DNA of 63,981 nucleotides, filler included, from Caldilineae bacterium (GTDB taxonomy: Bacteria > Chloroflexota > Anaerolineae > DTLA01), in the NCBI GenBank assembly GCA_037446815.1. It is 5 parts of 5 records of this genome, joined end to end, with 100 filler letters (N's around TTAATTAATTAA, not from the genome) between each part and the next. Parts side by side here need not be neighbours in the genome. Positions count along the whole stretch, not along the records: positions 52,756 to 63,981 come from JBBIHX010000091.1; 4 more parts are not named here. One strand, written 5' to 3'. The position numbers and the translations under genes were made by a program. Below are positions 59,777 through 63,981 of this stretch, piece by piece. The notes under the pieces are model-generated. The model ran no database searches. It was not told the DNA's origin and was given only the letters and a program-made list of their open reading frames with translations. Positions within the stretch are counted from its first letter, which is position 1, and each line of letters begins with the position of its first letter.

Positions 59777-61300
59777 ATGGAGACCAGAATCGGTGCGGCG
59801 AGAGGCCCTGTGCCGCCGTTCACGGTGGTGATCTTCGGGGCATCGGGCGACCTGGCGCGGCGCAAGTTGGTGCCGGCCTTGCACAGCCTGTGCTGCGCAG
59901 GCTACCTGACGCCAGGGCAGGAGATTGCGGTGGTGGGCGTCGCGCGCACTCCCATGAGCAGCGAGGAGTTCCGCGCCCGCCTGTGGGATGGCGTGGCGGC
60001 GTATGCTCGCCTGACGCCCGTTCGGTGCGCGGCGTGGGAGCGCCTCGCGGCCAACATCCACTATGTCCCACTGGACTACGGCGCGACCGAGTCTTACGCC
60101 GCGCTGGGCTCGTTCCTAGCGCGCCTGGATGCAGAGCGTGGTGTGGAGCCGGGGCACGGGCGCTGCCTGTTCCACCTGGCCGTGCCTCCCGACTTGTACA
60201 TCCCCATCGTGGAGCAGTTACGGGACTCCGGCCTGGCGCGCTCGGAGCATGGCTGGAGACGCATCATCATTGAGAAGCCGTTCGGCACCGATGCCCAGAG
60301 CGCACGCCGCCTGAATGAGGCCCTGCATTCGGCTTTTCCCGAGGAGCGCGTCTATCGCATTGATCACTATCTGGGCAAGGAGACGGTGCAGAATCTGCTG
60401 GTGTTCCGGTTCGCCAATGCCATCTTTGAGCCGCTCTGGAACCGCAACTTTGTGGATCACGTTCAGATTACGGTGGCCGAGTCGGTGGGAGTGGGGCATC
60501 GGGGCGGGTACTACGACGGCGCGGGCGTGCTCCGCGACATGTTTCAGAATCACATGCTGCAACTTCTGACGCTGATCGCTATGGAGCCGCCAGCATCCTT
60601 TGACGCCAAGATGTTCCGCCAGGAGAAGGTCAAGGTCCTGGAAGTCCTGCGCCCCATCCCGCCGGAGCGCTTGGGCGAGTTCACGGTGCGTGGCCAGTAC
60701 GACGGCTACCGCGACGAAGAAGGCGTCGCGCCCGATTCGCACACCGCCACGTTCGGGGCACTGAAGGCGTATCTGGACAACTGGCGGTGGGAGGGGGTGC
60801 CGTTCTACCTGCGCTCGGGCAAGCGCCTGAAGACGAAGACGACCGAAATCGTCTTGCAGTTCAAGCGGGCGCCCCATCTCGTGTTCCAGAAGGCGGAATG
60901 GCAGGCTGTGCCCGCGAACCGATTGTCGTTTTGCCTCCAGCCCGACGAGGGGATGCACCTGCTGCTGGAGATCAAGGCGCCCGGCTTGGAGATGCGGACG
61001 CGCACGGTGAACATGGAGTTCCACTATGAGCGCGAATTTGGCCCGACCGGTTTGGCCGAGGCCTACGAGCGGCTCCTGTTGGATGCGGTGCTGGGCGATC
61101 CGTCTCTATTTGCCCACTGCGACGAGATTGACCGGGCGTGGGCCTGGATTGATCCGATTGTGCGGGGTTGGGAGCAGGGCGGCGTGCCGCTGGAGCGGTA
61201 CGAGCCGGGTTCGTGGGGGCCTGACGCGGCGGCCCGGCTGCTCCAAGCCGATGGCCGCGAGTGGGTAACGTACTGCGGGGCAGGGCGTGATGAGCACTGA
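59777..61300 (+). CDS. zwf: glucose-6-phosphate 1-dehydrogenase
   Basis: [37 protein letters not shown]. Confidence 0.96.
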   Translation: METRIGAARGPVPPFTVVIFGASGDLARRKLVPALHSLCCAGYLTPGQEIAVVGVARTPMSSEEFRARLWDGVAAYARLTPVRCAAWERLAANIHYVPLDYGATESYAALGSFLARLDAERGVEPGHGRCLFHLAVPPDLYIPIVEQLRDSGLARSEHGWRRIIIEKPFGTDAQSARRLNEALHSAFPEERVYRIDHYLGKETVQNLLVFRFANAIFEPLWNRNFVDHVQITVAESVGVGHRGGYYDGAGVLRDMFQNHMLQLLTLIAMEPPASFDAKMFRQEKVKVLEVLRPIPPERLGEFTVRGQYDGYRDEEGVAPDSHTATFGALKAYLDNWRWEGVPFYLRSGKRLKTKTTEIVLQFKRAPHLVFQKAEWQAVPANRLSFCLQPDEGMHLLLEIKAPGLEMRTRTVNMEFHYEREFGPTGLAEAYERLLLDAVLGDPSLFAHCDEIDRAWAWIDPIVRGWEQGGVPLERYEPGSWGPDAAARLLQADGREWVTYCGAGRDEH

Positions 61301-62063
61301 CGTGTGCATCGCGCCGACGGCGGACGATGTGGGACGGTGCGCGGCGGGAATCATCGTTCGCCTGGCGCGGGACGCCGTGGGCCGCCGTGGACGGTGCACG
61401 CTGGCGCTTGCGGGGGGCCGCTCGCCCATGACGACGTATGCGCACCTGGCCGAGGCCGCGGAGATGCCGTGGTCTCATGTGCACGTGTTGTGGAGCGACG
61501 AGCGGTGCGTGCCGCCGGAGCACCCCGACAGCAACTTCGGGGCGGCCTCTGCGGCGTTCCTGTCCCGCGTGCCGGTGCCGCCGGAACAGGTGCACCGCAT
61601 CCGCGGCGAGGCGGACGCCGCCGACGAGGCCCTGCGCTACGAGGACACGCTCCGTGGCCTGGTCAAGAGGAATCCGCCGCGGCTGGATGTGATCCTGCTG
61701 GGGCTGGGCGAAGACGGCCACACGGCGTCGCTCTTCCCGGGGAGCCTGGCGCTGGCCGAGCGAGAGCGTTGGGTCGTGGCCGTGGAGCCGCCGCCCGGGG
61801 TTGCGCATCGGCGTATCACATTCACGTTGCCGCTCCTCGCAGCGGGGCGACGGGTGGTTTTCATCGTTACCGGCGCTTCCAAGGCCGGTGCGGTGTCGCG
61901 GGTGCTGGTAGGGCGAGAGATGGCCTTGCCTGCCGCCCAGGTGGTGGCGACGCACGGCGGGACGACGTGGGTGCTGGATGAGGAGGCCGCCTGCGACTTG
62001 GGCGACGCGCTCAAGGAGCGAGGTCGGCGGGCGTGGGCGCGTCAAACTCGCCGAGTAGTCTAA
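61287..62063 (+). CDS. pgl: 6-phosphogluconolactonase
   Basis: [32 protein letters not shown]. Confidence 0.93.
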   Translation: MMSTDVCIAPTADDVGRCAAGIIVRLARDAVGRRGRCTLALAGGRSPMTTYAHLAEAAEMPWSHVHVLWSDERCVPPEHPDSNFGAASAAFLSRVPVPPEQVHRIRGEADAADEALRYEDTLRGLVKRNPPRLDVILLGLGEDGHTASLFPGSLALAERERWVVAVEPPPGVAHRRITFTLPLLAAGRRVVFIVTGASKAGAVSRVLVGREMALPAAQVVATHGGTTWVLDEEAACDLGDALKERGRRAWARQTRRVV

Positions 62064-62955
62064 TCTCCGGCTCTAGCCGCACGCCGAAGGTTTCCCAGAC
62101 GCGCCGCTGGACCTCGCGCATGAGGGCCAGTACGTCGGCTGCCGTTGCCCCGCCGGTGTTGACGATGAAGTTGGCGTGCTTGGGCGAGACCAGCGCGCCG
62201 CCCCGCCTCATCCCCTTGCAGCCGGCGGCTTCTATCAAGCGGCCCGCGGCATCGCCGGGCGGGTTGCGGAACACGCTGCCCGCGCTCCACGCCGAGAGCG
62301 GCTGGCGCGCCTTGCGCTGGGCGTGATAGGCGTCCATGCGGCGGCGGATGTCGGCGGGGTTGTCGGGCGTCAGGGTGAGGTGCGCGGCGATGACGATGAT
62401 GGACTGGGCCAGGGCGCGGGAGTGGCGGTAGGCGAACTCCATGTCGGCCCCGGCCAGCGCGCGCGTTTCGCCCGACGGCAGGATGCACTCTACTTCGCGC
62501 ACGACGCCCGCCATGTTACCGCCGAATGCGCCGGCATTCATGGCGACGGCGCCTCCCACGGAACCCGGTATGCCGGCTGCGAACTCAAGCCCGGCCAGGC
62601 CGGCGTCGGCGGCCTTCCGGGCCAGCGCCGGCAAGGGATACGCGGCTCCCACGGCTACGGTGTGGCCCGATATTCGGAGCCAGGCCCACGCTTTGCCCAG
62701 GTGGATCACCATGCCATGGTAGCCGCTGTCGCTGATGAGCAGGTTGGTGCCGCGGCCCAGCACGAACCAGGGCAGATCCTCATCGGCGCAGAAGGCGAGG
62801 GCGCGGCGAAGGGCTTCGGTGTCCGGGGGCGAGGCGAATAACAAGGCCGGCCCGCCGATGCGGAATGAGGTGTGCCGGGCGAGCGGCTCGTCCGTGGAGA
62901 GCCAGTCGCCGCCCAGGAGGCTCAGAGCGCGAGCCTGCGCGGGTCGGAGGCTCAT
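62011..62955 (-). CDS. murB: UDP-N-acetylenolpyruvoylglucosamine reductase
   Basis: HTSFRIGGPA, G.GTNLL, GIPGSVGGA..MNAGA, SAGSVFRNP, KHANFIVN; ATG 62955. Confidence 0.95.
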   Translation of the reverse strand: MSLRPAQARALSLLGGDWLSTDEPLARHTSFRIGGPALLFASPPDTEALRRALAFCADEDLPWFVLGRGTNLLISDSGYHGMVIHLGKAWAWLRISGHTVAVGAAYPLPALARKAADAGLAGLEFAAGIPGSVGGAVAMNAGAFGGNMAGVVREVECILPSGETRALAGADMEFAYRHSRALAQSIIVIAAHLTLTPDNPADIRRRMDAYHAQRKARQPLSAWSAGSVFRNPPGDAAGRLIEAAGCKGMRRGGALVSPKHANFIVNTGGATAADVLALMREVQRRVWETFGVRLEPEIRLLGEFDAPTPADLAP

Positions 62956-63545
62956 CGGGGCGTCCTGCGACGGGCGAGCGCGACAATGACCGCGACGACG
63001 CCGAGGGCCACTGCCGCGCCGCCGATGATGGCGATGCCGGTGCCGGTGTCGGATTGTCGCGCGGAGGGCGGCGTGGCTGTGGGTTGCGCGACCGCTGTTG
63101 TCGCCAGCGCGGGCGGGGATGTCGGGGTGGGTGTGGGCGACGGCGGAATGGCCGTTGGCGGCTCCGGCGTGCGCGTCGGCGTTGATGTCGGCGCGGGGGT
63201 GTCGCTGGGCTTGGCCGTCGCGGTCGCCGTGCGCGTGAAGGTGGGCGACGGCAAGGGCGTGTCTGTTGGCGTGTCCGTGGGCGGTGGCGGCGCGGGCGTG
63301 TCGGGCGGGCGGGTCGTGGCCGTCGGCGGGACGGGCGTGGGCGTGGATGTGGGCGGCTGCGTCGCCGTGAATGTGGGCGACGGCGGGATGGGCGTCGGCG
63401 TGGCGGTCGGCGGGCGGGTGGGCGTCCGCGTGGGGACGGTTTGGTTGAGCGCGAGCGCGTGCCCCCAGTCGCCGCCGATGGACGCCGCCAGGAGAATGGC
63501 CGCCAGCGCGGCCGCTGCCTTCCATGTCTTCATTGTCGTCTTCAT
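62952..63545 (-). CDS. secreted Pro/Thr-rich protein with C-terminal TM anchor
   Basis: signal peptide, PT repeats, TM helix and RRR tail. Confidence 0.75.
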   Translation of the reverse strand: MKTTMKTWKAAAALAAILLAASIGGDWGHALALNQTVPTRTPTRPPTATPTPIPPSPTFTATQPPTSTPTPVPPTATTRPPDTPAPPPPTDTPTDTPLPSPTFTRTATATAKPSDTPAPTSTPTRTPEPPTAIPPSPTPTPTSPPALATTAVAQPTATPPSARQSDTGTGIAIIGGAAVALGVVAVIVALARRRTPR

Positions 63546-63670
63546 GACCCTTTCTCCTCATCGCAGGTGCCTTGTCTGGAATTGTATCGGGCGGGCTGTC
63601 CGGCGTCAAGCGGCGGGTGGACTTGACGAGTTCCATCTTGCATGGGTCTGCGCCGCGCATCGCCTCCCCA

Positions 63671-63981
63671 CTCTGTCATGCTGAGCGGAAGGCGATACGC
63701 CCTCGCCCTTCGGGAGAGGGCTGGGGTGAGGGGCGAGATTCTTCGCGGCTTCGCCGCTCAGAATGACAGTAGATGCCAGCAGACTTTGAAATCGAGCCCT
63801 CTGTCATGCTGAGCGGAAGGCGATACGCCCTCGCCCTTCGGGAGAGGGCTGGGGTGAGGGGCGAGATTCTTCGCGGCTTCGCCGCTCAGAATGACAGTAG
63901 ATGCCAGCAGACTTTGAAATCGAGCCCTCTGTCATGCTGAGCGGAAGGCGATACGCCCTCGCCCTTCGGGAGAGGGCTGGG
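63671..63981 (+). repeat. 128-bp tandem repeat of a composite REP/MITE unit (at least 2.4 copies)
   Basis: units start at 63671, 63799 and 63927 and run off the window end. Confidence 0.9.

Noticed and set aside
62011..62063. Convergent 3' overlap of pgl and murB as a regulatory feature
   Set aside because: Short tail-to-tail overlaps are common in GC-rich genomes, and nothing else supports a function.
63671..63981. Possible CRISPR array, given the Cas4-like gene in the window
   Set aside because: The units are 128-bp identical tandem repeats with no unique spacers, and there is no cas1/cas2.

Overview
High-GC bacterial sequence. Gene content suggests Chloroflexota/Anaerolineae, but this is inference only. 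The window is five contigs joined by artificial 100-bp N/TTAATTAATTAA linkers (13336-13435, 26641-26740, 39671-39770, 52656-52755), and contigs 3 and 4 are redundant copies of the same ~12.9 kb (offset 13031). Contig 1 carries csoR-copZ-copA, a tandem-rhodanese plus multiheme-cytochrome operon, a split membrane-anchored Cas4-like nuclease, PAP2, an NTP transferase, purB, purA and a YgeY-like M20 hydrolase. Contig 2 carries a TetR-ABC module, a GNAT, DegV, a heterodimeric ABC exporter, a Flp/CpaE mini-cluster and a DRG-like GTPase. Contigs 3/4 carry phnC/phnE, a GT-C glycosyltransferase, a glycoside hydrolase, leuS, two tRNA-Ala genes and a TPR lytic transglycosylase. Contig 5 carries an O-antigen-ligase-like gene, a PEP/pyruvate-binding protein, ADH, SDR, HAD, tRNA-Arg, zwf, pgl and murB. 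Main highlights: (1) a Leu T-box riboswitch upstream of leuS with a complete tRNA-Ala(GGC) nested in its stem III, preceded by tRNA-Ala(CGC) under one promoter; (2) an 11-heme lipoprotein cytochrome c with an in-frame TGA and a SECIS-like hairpin (putative selenoprotein), co-transcribed with an LPXTG-anchored double rhodanese; (3) a split Cas4-like nuclease in which each half has a transmembrane anchor; (4) a ~150-bp MITE-like element with variable palindromic cargo, and a repeat inserted in frame in a gene.
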